From positions 1-21,259 of the forward strand of contig CAWEDJ010000090.1 in NCBI GenBank assembly GCA_963807635.1: a DNA stretch of 21,259 bases. Direction: 5' to 3'. Below are positions 1-9,472 of this stretch, one piece after another. This DNA comes from an uncultured cyanobacterium. Lineage in GTDB: Bacteria; Cyanobacteriota; Cyanobacteriia; Cyanobacteriales; Microcystaceae. The notes under the pieces are model-generated. The model saw nothing but the letters and a program-made list of their open reading frames with translations, ran no database searches and was not told the origin of the DNA. Positions within the stretch are counted from its first letter, which is position 1; each line of letters begins with the position of its first letter. The translations under genes were made by a program, and so were the position numbers.

Positions 1-997
1 CCCGATCAAACCGTTCAGGAGTCAAGGACTGAGGCCCGTCCGATAGAGCTTTGGCAGGATTGGGATGGACTTCAATCATCAGAGAATCGGCTCCTGCGGC
101 GATCGCGGCGGTGGCGATAGCAGGCACATAATCCGACTTACCCGTGCCATGACTCGGATCAATCATGATCGGTAAATGGGTCAAATTGCGTAACACAGGC
201 AAAACGGAAAGATCTAAGGTATTACGAGTATATTTTTGATCGAACGTGCGAATTCCCCGTTCACAGAGAATTACATTAGGATTACCCGCCGCGAGCAGAT
301 ATTCCCGCCGCCATTAACCATTCTTCAATGGTGGCCGCCATCCCCCGTTTTAATAAAACAGGTTTGTCTTGTGCGCCACTTTTTTGAGCATGGCAAAATT
401 CTGGATATTCCGCGCTCCAATTTGGATCACGTCTGCCACTTCTGCAATTTTCTCTAAATCTGCCGTATCCATAACTTCGGTAATAATTCCCAAACCACTG
501 GCTTGTTTCGCGGCAGCCAAAAGTCTAACGCACTTTCCCCATGACCTTGGAAAGCATAGGGAGAAGTCCGAGGTTTGTAAGCCCCCCCTCGTAGAAAGTG
601 CGCTCCAGCCGCTTTTACTCGTAGCTTCCGTTTCGATGATCATCGCTTCATTTTCAACGGAACAGGGGCCAGCGACAATCGTGAGGGGATGATTTTTACC
701 GATCCCAACGGGGCCGTTTGGGGGTAGGAACAATCACTTCACTATAATCACCGTGACGGAACTCTAAACTCGCCTGTTTAAAAGGTTGCTCTACCCGTAG
801 CACATCTTCAAATTAAATCTATAGGGGACTAATTTCTTGGATTTGAAGGGGATTGAGAGCGGCAGTTTCTCCCACTAGACCAATCACCACTTTATGTTTA
901 CCGACGATTTTTTCAGGAGTTAGTCCTCTTTCAGAAAATTCTTGATCACACGCGCAATTTCTAATTCGGGAGTTCCGACTTTCATCACAACGATCAT
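1..997 (-). CDS. aroF: 3-deoxy-7-phosphoheptulonate (DAHP) synthase, type I-beta with N-terminal regulatory domain; 3' end runs off the window; several apparent frameshifts
   Basis: Read across frames on the minus strand: [10 protein letters not shown] (ATG at 997), [90 protein letters not shown]. At least 6 frame breaks, probably sequence errors. Confidence 0.92.
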
Positions 998-1432
998 TGC
1001 AAAAAAACCTCACTGGTTAGGTAGTTAGAAAAAAATAAAGTTAAAAAAATCAAATCGTTTAATAAACTTCTTGCATAACGAGGGTTTTACGTCCCTCTAT
1101 CTTTCCTGGAAAGGACAGAGTCTTACAATTAATAATTATGAAAGAAATCCATAGCTGTCGAAATAAAAAACTTCTTCCTGTATTGTAATCATTTTGCTTT
1201 TTGAGATCCAAGATTAACGTCTAAAAAACAGAATAATCCTCAAATGACGACAATAAGAACACAAATCTTAATTAAACTTTTCAATTTCCATTGTGTAATC
1301 AAGAGGGTGTGTTCAGAAATTCTGACAAATTATATTCGTCTCTAAGCTTTTAATACTTGCGAAAAGCTGCTCCAACTCAGAACTAACTTTCTTTTGCTTT
1401 TTGAGCATCTTGTCTTGCGGTACGCCAGGCAG

Positions 1433-1917
1433 TCACACTTTATCAAAATTTAATTTGACTTCTTGCCAACCCCACCAACTCCCCTCAATGTCTTCGTCCG
1501 AGGAGGTGGAAAAAACACCATAGCTTAGTCCAAGAACACCTAAACCAAAGAGGAGAAGACTCACCCCAAAAACCACATAATTGGGAATTTCTAACCAATC
1601 ATGACTCACTACCCAATAAAAAGCCACGAAGGAAAACATGGCCGATGCAGTAGGAATTCCTGAAAAAATTGCCATGCGCTTCAACATCCGTTGACTAACT
1701 ACTTCAGGAATAGAACCACTTTGGGGTTTCCGTTTTCCTCTGTAGGGTTTAGTCTTATCGGAGTTTTTAAAGGAAATTTTGCTCTCTACTTTAGGGGCAG
1801 GAGCAACTTTTTTAGGAGCAGGGGCAACCTTGGCTGGCTTTTTATTTTTTTGTTTTCCTTCAAAAGGAAGGGGAGTTCGTTTTGGGGTCGGCGATCGCGG
1901 GGGGATGGAGCAGGCAT
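1433..1917 (-). CDS. PAM68 family (DUF3464) photosystem II assembly membrane protein
   Basis: ORF 1433..1936 contains LPFE, IPEVVSQRMLKRMAIFSGIPT, two hydrophobic segments and FGLGVLGLSYGVFSTS. It sits directly downstream of rpsO, as in other cyanobacteria. Likely ATG at 1917 in a shifted frame. The C-terminus probably continues in another frame (TAWRTARQDAQKAKEK) to about 1385. Confidence 0.88.
1790..1831. repeat. Two imperfect 21-bp tandem units in PAM68 encoding KVAPAPK-KVAPAPK
   Basis: tttaggggcaggagcaacttt / tttaggagcaggggcaacctt, with 3 synonymous differences. Confidence 0.8.
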
Positions 1918-1939
1918 AAAAATACAGTAGGGGCAAAAA

Positions 1940-2207
1940 TTAACGACGAATGCCTAAACGTTTGATTAGGGACTGATACCGTTCAGGTTCTCTGCGTTGA
2001 TATAATCCAACAAACCTCTGCGTTGGCTAATCATTTTTAGCAGTCGCGACGGGAAGCATGGTCTTTTGGATTGGCTTGTAGATGTCCCGTCAATTGGGAA
2101 ATACGTTCGGTTAAAGGCGCGATTTGCAAGTCGGGGGAACCAGTATCGGTTTCATGGACTTGGTACTCACTCATCAATTCTTGTTTTCGGGTCTGGGTTA
2201 ACGCCAT
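1940..2207 (-). CDS. rpsO: 30S ribosomal protein S15 (absent from the ORF track because of two apparent 1-nt deletions)
   Basis: [30 protein letters not shown]...[13 protein letters not shown] / [15 protein letters not shown] / [16 protein letters not shown]. The span is 268 nt, versus 270 nt for an 89-aa S15. Confidence 0.95.
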
Positions 2208-2364
2208 AGGATGTTTTTAAATCGTTTCAATGCTGTAATCTCTAACTATACCATTAATTCAGACAAAATGTTGACTCTAAAATGAACGGGACTAGGAGGA
2301 AAGGGAATAGTCAATCTATGAAATGTTTTTTTCAAAAGCATCTCTAACGAAATTTAACCCGTAA

Positions 2365-3340
2365 TTATTTCCTTGGCATTGCTAGACAGGATTGAAATTT
2401 TTGTCTCCACAATCGCTTCAGGATACGTCCCAAAGGGGGGAAAACCTCTTTAATAAAGGCTTCTGCGGCCTTAGAACGATAACGATTGGGATTAAGAATC
2501 ACCGAGAGAGTCCGACGGAATTCTACCTCTTTCATTCGGGCAATATGGATTGTATTCATCTGTAATTCTTTTTCAATAGCCGTCGTTGATACAAAAGCAA
2601 CCCCTAGCCCTGCTTGAACCGCATTTTTAATCGCCTCAATGGAATTTAACTCCATTTCAATTTTTAAACGTTTGGTATCGATATCACAATTGCTTAAAAC
2701 CTTGTCAATTACTTTACGAATCGTCGATTGGGAATCGAGGGTAATAAATTTGAGTTTATATAAATCTTCTTTGTGAATGGTTTCAACTTTGGCGGAAGGA
2801 TGGGAAATCGGCAAAATCAAGGCCAATTCATCTTCGGCGTAGGGAATAATTTGCAGTACTTCCTGCAATTCCGTCGGAACTTCTCCCCAGAATGGCCATA
2901 TCGACGCTACCATTGGCAACGCCCCAGGAGGTGCGACGAGTGGAATGTACTTGTAATTGCACCGAAACATCGGGATATTTTTGTCGAAAAATACCAATCA
3001 TGCGGGGCAAAAGATAGGTTCCCGTCGTTTGGGACGCTCCCACAATCAGAGTGCCGCCCTGAAGATTCTGCAAATCCTCGATCGCGCGACAGGTTTCCTG
3101 GCAGAGGGTCAACACCTTATCGCCGTAACTTAAGAGGAGATAGCCCGCTTCCGTTAACGGGGCCTTGCGTCCTCCTCGGTCAAATAAAGGAACATTCAGT
3201 TGTCTTTCTAAATTTTGTACCTGTTAGCTGACGGCAGGTTGGGAAACATAAAGCGTATCTGCCGCCCGTTTAAAGCTTCCCTCAGCCGCGATCCCCTTAA
3301 GAATCCGCAGTTGGTCTAACGTAAATGGGATATCTGCCAT
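2365..3340 (-). CDS. rbcR: LysR-family transcriptional regulator RbcR/Ycf30; contains an apparent in-frame TAA (3224-3226) and frameshifts
   Basis: [38 protein letters not shown] (HTH, ATG at 3340), [69 protein letters not shown]. Confidence 0.9.
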
Positions 3341-3680
3341 AGGTGAAGAAAGAATGATAAGTTATTCCTATTAAACTTGACAGTATCATAACTGGGTATC
3401 TGTAACGCGATTTGTGGTTTTAAGTCTTTAGTTGTTTCTTAAGCTAATGTTATGTAAGGTCTTTAGGCGATCGCACTCCTAGAAAGCCGTTTTTTCTCTT
3501 TGGGCGATTTGTGTGTTGTGTTCCTTAACTACAACCTCCTCGGTTGATATTAAGACTAATTTTGGACGAGTAGGACTATGGGATGTCTTATCCCGAAAGT
3601 TTCTTGCTACCATCGAAAAATGTCGGTACAATCAAAAATCAGACCGCAGTTAAACTAAACACCAAGGATTAGCCTTTTCA

Positions 3681-4508
3681 ATGACGATTACTTTCTTTGA
3701 ACTCTTAGGTTCAGTTATTGGGCGAGAAATTGACTTTATTGCAGATCATTCAAACATGGCAGTGGATGAAATATTTCAGCTTATTGTGGAAGAGGCTGAA
3801 CGTAATCAAGCAGAATGGTACTCAAATCGAGTTCCTGATTTAAACTACTCCTCTCCTGCTTGCCGACTTGCATATTTGTATATTGTTGCTGCCGCTAATT
3901 CCAGAACCTTTCAGCATGTTCTCGAATCTAATGAAGACTTAAATCAATATGTCTTGGAAATTGCAAGGGAACGTCATGAGATAAAAATTTGTGCTTTTGG
4001 TGCTGGCCCAGGTACAGAGTTGTTGGCGATGGCAAAGTTTTTCGTTCAACAGAATCTTGGACATAGTGTTAGTGTGGATTTTCAACTCCTTGACAAAGTT
4101 GAAGAATGGACAAGTTCCTGGTACGGAATAAGGAATCAAATTAATGATTCTTTTAGACAATTATATGGCTCGAATCGCTCTAACTGGCCTATGATACCAT
4201 CAGGTAATTTTCTGGCTTGCGATGTTACTCAATTAGATCGAATTCCTTATCTGGGGAATGTTTGGGGGCAAGATGTGTATGTAATAAATTTTTTGTTGTC
4301 TGAAGTGTTTAATGATGATCCAGGACTAAGAGCCTTTTTAGGCAAAGTTGCTGAATTTGCACCTTCTGGTGCACGTTTTATATTTATAGAGAGACGTGGT
4401 TCCATGTGGGAAAGTCATATGGCTAATATTGCCGAAGAATCAGGATTATTGCTTTCATCTTTTAGAGCGTGTCATCAATCAGCAATTCCAAATTCAGAAT
4501 GTAGCTAA
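3681..4508 (+). pseudogene. Hypothetical class I SAM-dependent methyltransferase-like protein, truncated by IS insertion after about codon 261; the last 14 codons are IS-derived
   Basis: Motif-like segments in Rossmann order: ICAFGAGPGTELLA, FQLLDK, ACDVT, DVYVINFLLSEV, APSGARFIFIER. The IS5 inverted repeat starts at 4465, inside the ORF. Confidence 0.65.
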
Positions 4509-6005
4509 AGACAAAAAAAACTCAAGCTTTTTACTGGCAAGGGTTTTACCTTGAAGATTTCCAAGTAAGAAATTAAGAAGAATTGGAAGCAGCAGGAGAA
4601 AGGGGGTCATCAAGCATAAAATCTAAAAGATGATGCCAGCTTTCAAAGAGTAAATATTTGGTTAAAGAAAGAAAGTCTTGGAAGAATCCCTTACGAGTAC
4701 AGCGTTGGACGCGAATCCTCTGGTAACGTTCATCAACCAAACCCAAAACCGTGTGGAAGAGAAAAGCCAGTAGATTGAGAGTGAGCAAAACGGAGGCAAG
4801 GTGTTGTTTTCCATGCCCAAAATTATGTTCTAAATGATAGCCCCGATTTTTGAGAATATTGTGATTCTCATTCTCCGTGCGCCAACGAGTCCGTCCAGCA
4901 CGACAGACATCAAGAACGACTTGAGGGGTGAGAAAATGGTTGGTAATCCAACTATTGTGATGGAGGAGTTGAGCATCGGATTCGCGGTAGACTTTTAGTT
5001 CACACCAGTTAACCAACAAAGCAGGCTGTTGCTCTCGCAGGGGGATTTGATTGAGATAACGACATTGCCAAATCTCAAAATACTTCCCATTCCAGCGTCG
5101 GTGTTGAGTAGTTTTGAGTTCCCCGTTGGCTTCTAAATAGGCTAACCACTCATAAAGTGTGGGATGAGAAGTCGGCAAACAGACGAAGATAAAGTTGAAG
5201 TCGTGGTCTAGACTATGCTGACAAGTCGGCTGACGACTGAACAAGTCATCCCCTAGTAGCGTTATCTTCTGCCATGCAAACAAACTGGCATGATTACTTA
5301 TCCAGCGTTTTGCCGCATTTTGCTCGCAATCCTGTTTTTCCGACCCGTCTTGAGGAGTGATAAATTCAGGAGCTAAGGAGAAAACTGATTCATGGTCTGG
5401 GGAAACAATCACTGGTAATAATGCTTGATGAAAGTAGGTGACTTTTCCCTGTTTTGACGTTTTGGTTGAACAGCATGGACAATTGACTTTCCCTGAACTG
5501 TGATAATTTGTTCCATCCATCGCCACTAATAGATTTCCCCCCAATATCTCATAAGATTTTAGGAATCCCATGTTTCTCAATGCTTGGTAAATCAACCCAA
5601 ACAATGGGAATAGACTGCTCGCTGTTATCCCATCCACAATATTACGAATCTGCTCTACTGTCGGTATTTTGTTTAGTCCAAACAAACTTTGAGCATTATC
5701 TCGCCCACAACGACTGTTGAGTTGACGTTGGTACTCTAAAAATGACTCATTTTGCGTAAAAAAGGCGGCAAATGCACCCAATATCGCCTCTCTTAGACTA
5801 TATTTCGTTGCGTTACTCGCTGAGCGCGGGTCATCTATTTTTGCGATAACCTCGTTTAAACACTCCATGATTCCATCAAAACTTAGGTCGGTTACTTTCA
5901 TTTCACACTCTACAAAACCAGCAAAAGTTTCTCTTCTTGTTCATAGACCCCTAAATGCGAATACCATTCTGTTTTTGTTTATACCATTTGAATTTGGAAT
6001 TGCTG
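4480..6005 (-). mobile_element. 1526-bp DDE insertion sequence (ISNCY / IS4-superfamily-like) nested in the IS5 terminal repeat
   Basis: Perfect 17-bp IRs: cagcaattccaaattca (4480-4496) and tgaatttggaattgctg (5989-6005). 9-bp target duplication gtcatcaat at 4471-4479 and 6006-6014. Confidence 0.93.
4573..5901 (-). CDS. DDE transposase, 442 aa, intact
   Basis: N-terminal DPR motif; catalytic-like AMDGT, LGDDLF and RWRTENENHNILK; GYHLEHNFGHG. Fills the IR-bounded element. Confidence 0.9.
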   Translation of the reverse strand: MKVTDLSFDGIMECLNEVIAKIDDPRSASNATKYSLREAILGAFAAFFTQNESFLEYQRQLNSRCGRDNAQSLFGLNKIPTVEQIRNIVDGITASSLFPLFGLIYQALRNMGFLKSYEILGGNLLVAMDGTNYHSSGKVNCPCCSTKTSKQGKVTYFHQALLPVIVSPDHESVFSLAPEFITPQDGSEKQDCEQNAAKRWISNHASLFAWQKITLLGDDLFSRQPTCQHSLDHDFNFIFVCLPTSHPTLYEWLAYLEANGELKTTQHRRWNGKYFEIWQCRYLNQIPLREQQPALLVNWCELKVYRESDAQLLHHNSWITNHFLTPQVVLDVCRAGRTRWRTENENHNILKNRGYHLEHNFGHGKQHLASVLLTLNLLAFLFHTVLGLVDERYQRIRVQRCTRKGFFQDFLSLTKYLLFESWHHLLDFMLDDPLSPAASNSS

Positions 6006-6058
6006 GTCATCAATTAACACACTTGACATTAGTGAATAATTATGCTGTTTAAACTGGG

Positions 6059-6820
6059 CTACGCTAACCATATAACTGATGCGGCCAGATAGATGCCGCC
6101 TAGAAAATTGGCTGAGCGCTTGTCGTAACGAGTCGCAAGCGCACGATATTGTTTGAGTTTCGCAAAGAAGTTTTCGACTAAATGACGCGCTTTATACAAA
6201 AATGTATCATAAGGGCGAGGTTCTTTTCGATTACTTTTCGAGGGTATCACAGGCACTATCCCTCTTTTTTCTAGAACCTTAATGACTCTATCGTCTGCGT
6301 CATAGGCTTTGTCCCCTAGCACCGCTTCTGCTTCTACATCAGGCAATAGCACATCGGCTCCGTCTAAATCACACGCTTGACCTGGCGTTAGGAAAAAAGA
6401 GACTGGATTCCCTAATGCGTCTACTACGGCATGGATTTTCGTACTTAATCCTCCTGTACTCCTTCCTATATCTTCTTCCTCTGCGCTACTGTTTTTTGCT
6501 CCTGCACTGTGTTGATGCGCTCTCACAATCGTTGCATCTATCATTGCGTATTCATTATCAGCGTCCTGCGCTAAGTGCTTGAATACCTTTTCCCACACCC
6601 CTGATTTCGTCCATCGCGTAAAACGCGTGTGAATCACTCGAAAATCTCCAAACCTTTCGGGTAAGTCTCTCCAAGGAATGCCCGCTCTATATCGATATAA
6701 TACGGCTTCAACAAACAAACGATTATCTTTGGCTGTTACTCCCACATCTCCCTCTTTTCCAGGTAATAGCTCTTTGATTCTTTCCCATTGGTCATCCCGC
6801 AACGCATAACGCCTCGTCAT
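6059..6820 (-). CDS. IS5-family transposase, single ORF
   Basis: MTRRYALRDDQW, GIPWRDLPERFG, IDATIVRAHQHSAGA, GRSTGGLSTKIHAVVDALGNP, LGDKAYD, YKARHLVENFFAKLKQYRALATRYDK. An alternative upstream ATG lies at 6853. Confidence 0.93.
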   Translation of the reverse strand: MTRRYALRDDQWERIKELLPGKEGDVGVTAKDNRLFVEAVLYRYRAGIPWRDLPERFGDFRVIHTRFTRWTKSGVWEKVFKHLAQDADNEYAMIDATIVRAHQHSAGAKNSSAEEEDIGRSTGGLSTKIHAVVDALGNPVSFFLTPGQACDLDGADVLLPDVEAEAVLGDKAYDADDRVIKVLEKRGIVPVIPSKSNRKEPRPYDTFLYKARHLVENFFAKLKQYRALATRYDKRSANFLGGIYLAASVIWLA

Positions 6821-6913
6821 ATTCACACCTCTCTTCAACGTATATTGTGTCATTTCATACTCTGCGCATTATTTGCCACTAATGTCAACCCCCCTAATTG
6901 ATGACACGCCCTA

Positions 6914-7709
6914 GGGGGGATTTAAAATTAAAATCGTATTAGCAGATAGTGAATATGGTGAAAGTGAGAATAATTTTGTTAGTATCTTAGAAAAAGAAAA
7001 ACTAGACTTTGTGCTAGCGATTCGGAGCAATCACGGAGTATGGTTGGCACCTGAGCAAAAAGTAAGATGTAATAAATGGAGAGAGTTCACCAGAATATTC
7101 TCAACAGGAAAGAAAGAAATCAGATATATAAGAGAGATTATATTCGGTAAAAAAAGAGAAATAAGATATTGGCAAGTAACAGATAATACAGAAACGCTAC
7201 CACCGAACTTCACTTTCTATATTATGACAAAAGTAGCCAACATTAAATATAAAGAAGTTGGTAACTTGTACGGAGTAAGAAATTGGGTAGAGTACGGTTT
7301 AAAGCAAAGTAAAAATGAATTAGGATGGGCAGATTTTCGAGTAACAGAATATAAAAAAATTGAAAAGTGGTGGGAACTGGTCATGAGTGCTTACTTAATG
7401 TTGAGTCTTCAATCAGAAGCCTTGAACAAATCCAGAAAACCTCCTGATACATTAGCTAAATCTGCTCAAGAAGAAATGCAGAAACACCCAAAATGGAATA
7501 AGGGAAAGGGCTGGAAAAATACCCTCAATAATTTACGATTGTTTATTCAGCCATTATGTTACTTCAATCTGCTTAAACCTTGGTTAGTCGTGATTTTTAC
7601 TCCTCAAATACTGCGAGTATTTTGTCGTCTATTCTTCCAGTTAAGTAAACTAACAAATTCTCTGTTGGAGATGATTTTTCCGCGTGATTTCTATCTATCT
7701 TCTGCCTAG
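6914..7709 (+). pseudogene. IS701-family transposase, C-terminal part only; the 5' part is missing at the IS5 boundary
   Basis: The frame is open from the IS5 end: GGFKIKIVLADSEYGESE...FVLAIRSNHGVW, YGVRNWVEYGLKQSKNELGWADFR, IEKWWELVMSAYL, GWKNTLNNLRL. There is no N-terminal region or first catalytic Asp. The element's right end is probably near 7790 but is not defined. Confidence 0.85.
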
Positions 7710-7798
7710 ATTGATAGAACAGCGATATTTATAAAGCAGGACTGGCTTTTCTCGACAAATTTAGTGAGCAATCTTAAAACAATGGATAAAGTCAATGC

Positions 7799-8713
7799 CT
7801 AAACCTCGTTAACAAGAGAAGATGCAACAGAGGGGTTAGATAGCTTGGGAACAAAGACCTCGATCGCCTGGGGAACCAAAGAAAACATCGCAGGAGTTTC
7901 CGTCATAATCTCACCGTCAGTATTGATCTTTCGAGGTTTGTTGGTCATAATTTCCACCGATCGCCCCTGAAATGTTCGTACCCAAGGTAATAATTTTTGT
8001 TGTCCCTGGGGAAGACGATAAATCAGAGGAAAAATTTGCCACCAATGTTTAACTTCCAAACTGTAGATATCCAAGCGTTGATCATCAATCAGGGCATCGT
8101 GGGCGATCATCATGCCGCCGCCATAATAGCAACCATTTCCCACCGCAATTTGTAGGGTTTTCACTCGCCGAGATTCCCCATCAACGGAAATTGTGGCATG
8201 AAAAGGACGGGTTTCGGCAATCACTTTTAGAGCAGTTAATGCGTAGGCCAGAATTCCCCAACGGCGTTTTGCCCCCCGTGTTAATTTTTGGGTGATTTCC
8301 ACACTCAGCCCCACACTCGCCACATTGAAAAAATAATGATCATTCACCGATCCCAAATCGATCGCCTTTCGATGACCCTGGGCAATCACTTGACAGGCAT
8401 CCGCGATCGTCAAAGGAATATTCAACGTGCGAGCCAGATCATTCGCCGTTCCCAAGGGAAGAATCCCCAAAGGTAGTTTAGATTCCACTAAACTATCGAT
8501 AATACCGTTCAGAGTTCCATCTCCACCGCCGATAATCACCATATCGAGATTTTTTGCATTCTCCCGAATAATATCACCCAAATTTTGAGACCGCTTAATT
8601 GGAACCGTCATCAACTCAAAATCCAATTCATCCAAAATATCAATCGCCTGAGCAAAGCCCTGTTTTCCTCGGCGAGCATGACGGTTAATGAATAATAAAG
8701 CCCGTTTCGTCAT
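7799..8713 (-). CDS. YegS/Rv2252/BmrU family lipid (diacylglycerol) kinase
   Basis: GGGDGTLN, LPLGTANDLAR, IDLG, FFNVASVG, GNGCYYGGG, NTDGE motifs. Confidence 0.93.
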   Translation of the reverse strand: MTKRALLFINRHARRGKQGFAQAIDILDELDFELMTVPIKRSQNLGDIIRENAKNLDMVIIGGGDGTLNGIIDSLVESKLPLGILPLGTANDLARTLNIPLTIADACQVIAQGHRKAIDLGSVNDHYFFNVASVGLSVEITQKLTRGAKRRWGILAYALTALKVIAETRPFHATISVDGESRRVKTLQIAVGNGCYYGGGMMIAHDALIDDQRLDIYSLEVKHWWQIFPLIYRLPQGQQKLLPWVRTFQGRSVEIMTNKPRKINTDGEIMTETPAMFSLVPQAIEVFVPKLSNPSVASSLVNEV

Positions 8714-8893
8714 AAAGATTAGCCTAGTTAATCAGCGATGAGTAATATCACACAATGAATGCAAAAGTTTGATAGAAACTTCTAAATAATAGTACATTAA
8801 GCCCTGGGTATTACAATTCATTGGCTAATATGTCACAAAAAATAATGTTAGACTAGCGGCAGGAGAAATTTAGTAATCAGAGGAATTGAAAAT

Positions 8894-9355
8894 ATGGTGT
8901 TAGAACTCAAAACAACCTCTAAAAAGCTATACGATACCGATTACCATCTCTGGGTCATGGAAACCGTCAAGCATTTAGAAAACAAAGATTTTGACGCGAT
9001 CGATTTAGAGAATTTAATTGAGGAGGTATCGGATTTGAGTCGTCGAGATAAGAGAAAACTAGAAAGCTTGTTAAGAAGATTATTTGAACACCTACTCAAA
9101 TTAAAATATTGGGAATCCCAAATTACCAGAAATCAGGGCCATGGTCAAGGGGAAATTCGTACCTTTCGCAAACAAATCAATAATGAGTTAAAAACTAGCC
9201 CTAGCCTCAATCGTTACCTTCTTGAAATATTAGATAAGTGTTATCAAGATGCTAGAGAAATTGTTAGCGATAAATCCCAACTCCCGATCAATACTTTTCC
9301 TGAAGCTTTAATTGGGACGATGGAACAAATTTTAAATGAAAATTGGTTACCTTAA
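8894..9355 (+). CDS. DUF29 family protein
   Basis: LYDTDYHLW, IDLENLIEEV, LFEHLLKLKYW, SPSL and C-terminal EQILNENWLP. SD-like gagga upstream. The usual W of RGW is not present (GHGQGEI). Confidence 0.9.
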   Translation: MVLELKTTSKKLYDTDYHLWVMETVKHLENKDFDAIDLENLIEEVSDLSRRDKRKLESLLRRLFEHLLKLKYWESQITRNQGHGQGEIRTFRKQINNELKTSPSLNRYLLEILDKCYQDAREIVSDKSQLPINTFPEALIGTMEQILNENWLP

Positions 9356-9472
9356 TAATTAATGATTGGAAAATTTAATTGGCGATCGCTAGTCGTGCTT
9401 TATTAGGCGATCCCAAATTTCCCACTGTTTCTGTGTATGTGTTAAATGAACAAAGAAAATATAACCGACAGC

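Larger units (their letters stand above)
4465..6911 (-). mobile_element. IS5-family (IS427-like) insertion sequence, about 912 bp once the nested element and one duplication copy are removed; flanked by TA
   Basis: The reconstructed left end gagcgtgtcatcaatta (4465-4479 joined to 6015-6016) matches the reverse complement of the right end 6895-6911 (gggcgtgtcatcaatta) at 16/17. TA at 4463-4464 and 6912-6913. Confidence 0.88.

Noticed and set aside
236..3231. Plus-strand ORFs 236..457, 369..692, 1691..1930 and 2773..3231
   Set aside because: Antisense to aroF, PAM68 and rbcR, with no recognisable motifs.
5867..6052. 61-aa ORF crossing the IS junction
   Set aside because: Spans the ends of two elements antisense to the transposases, so it is a chance ORF.
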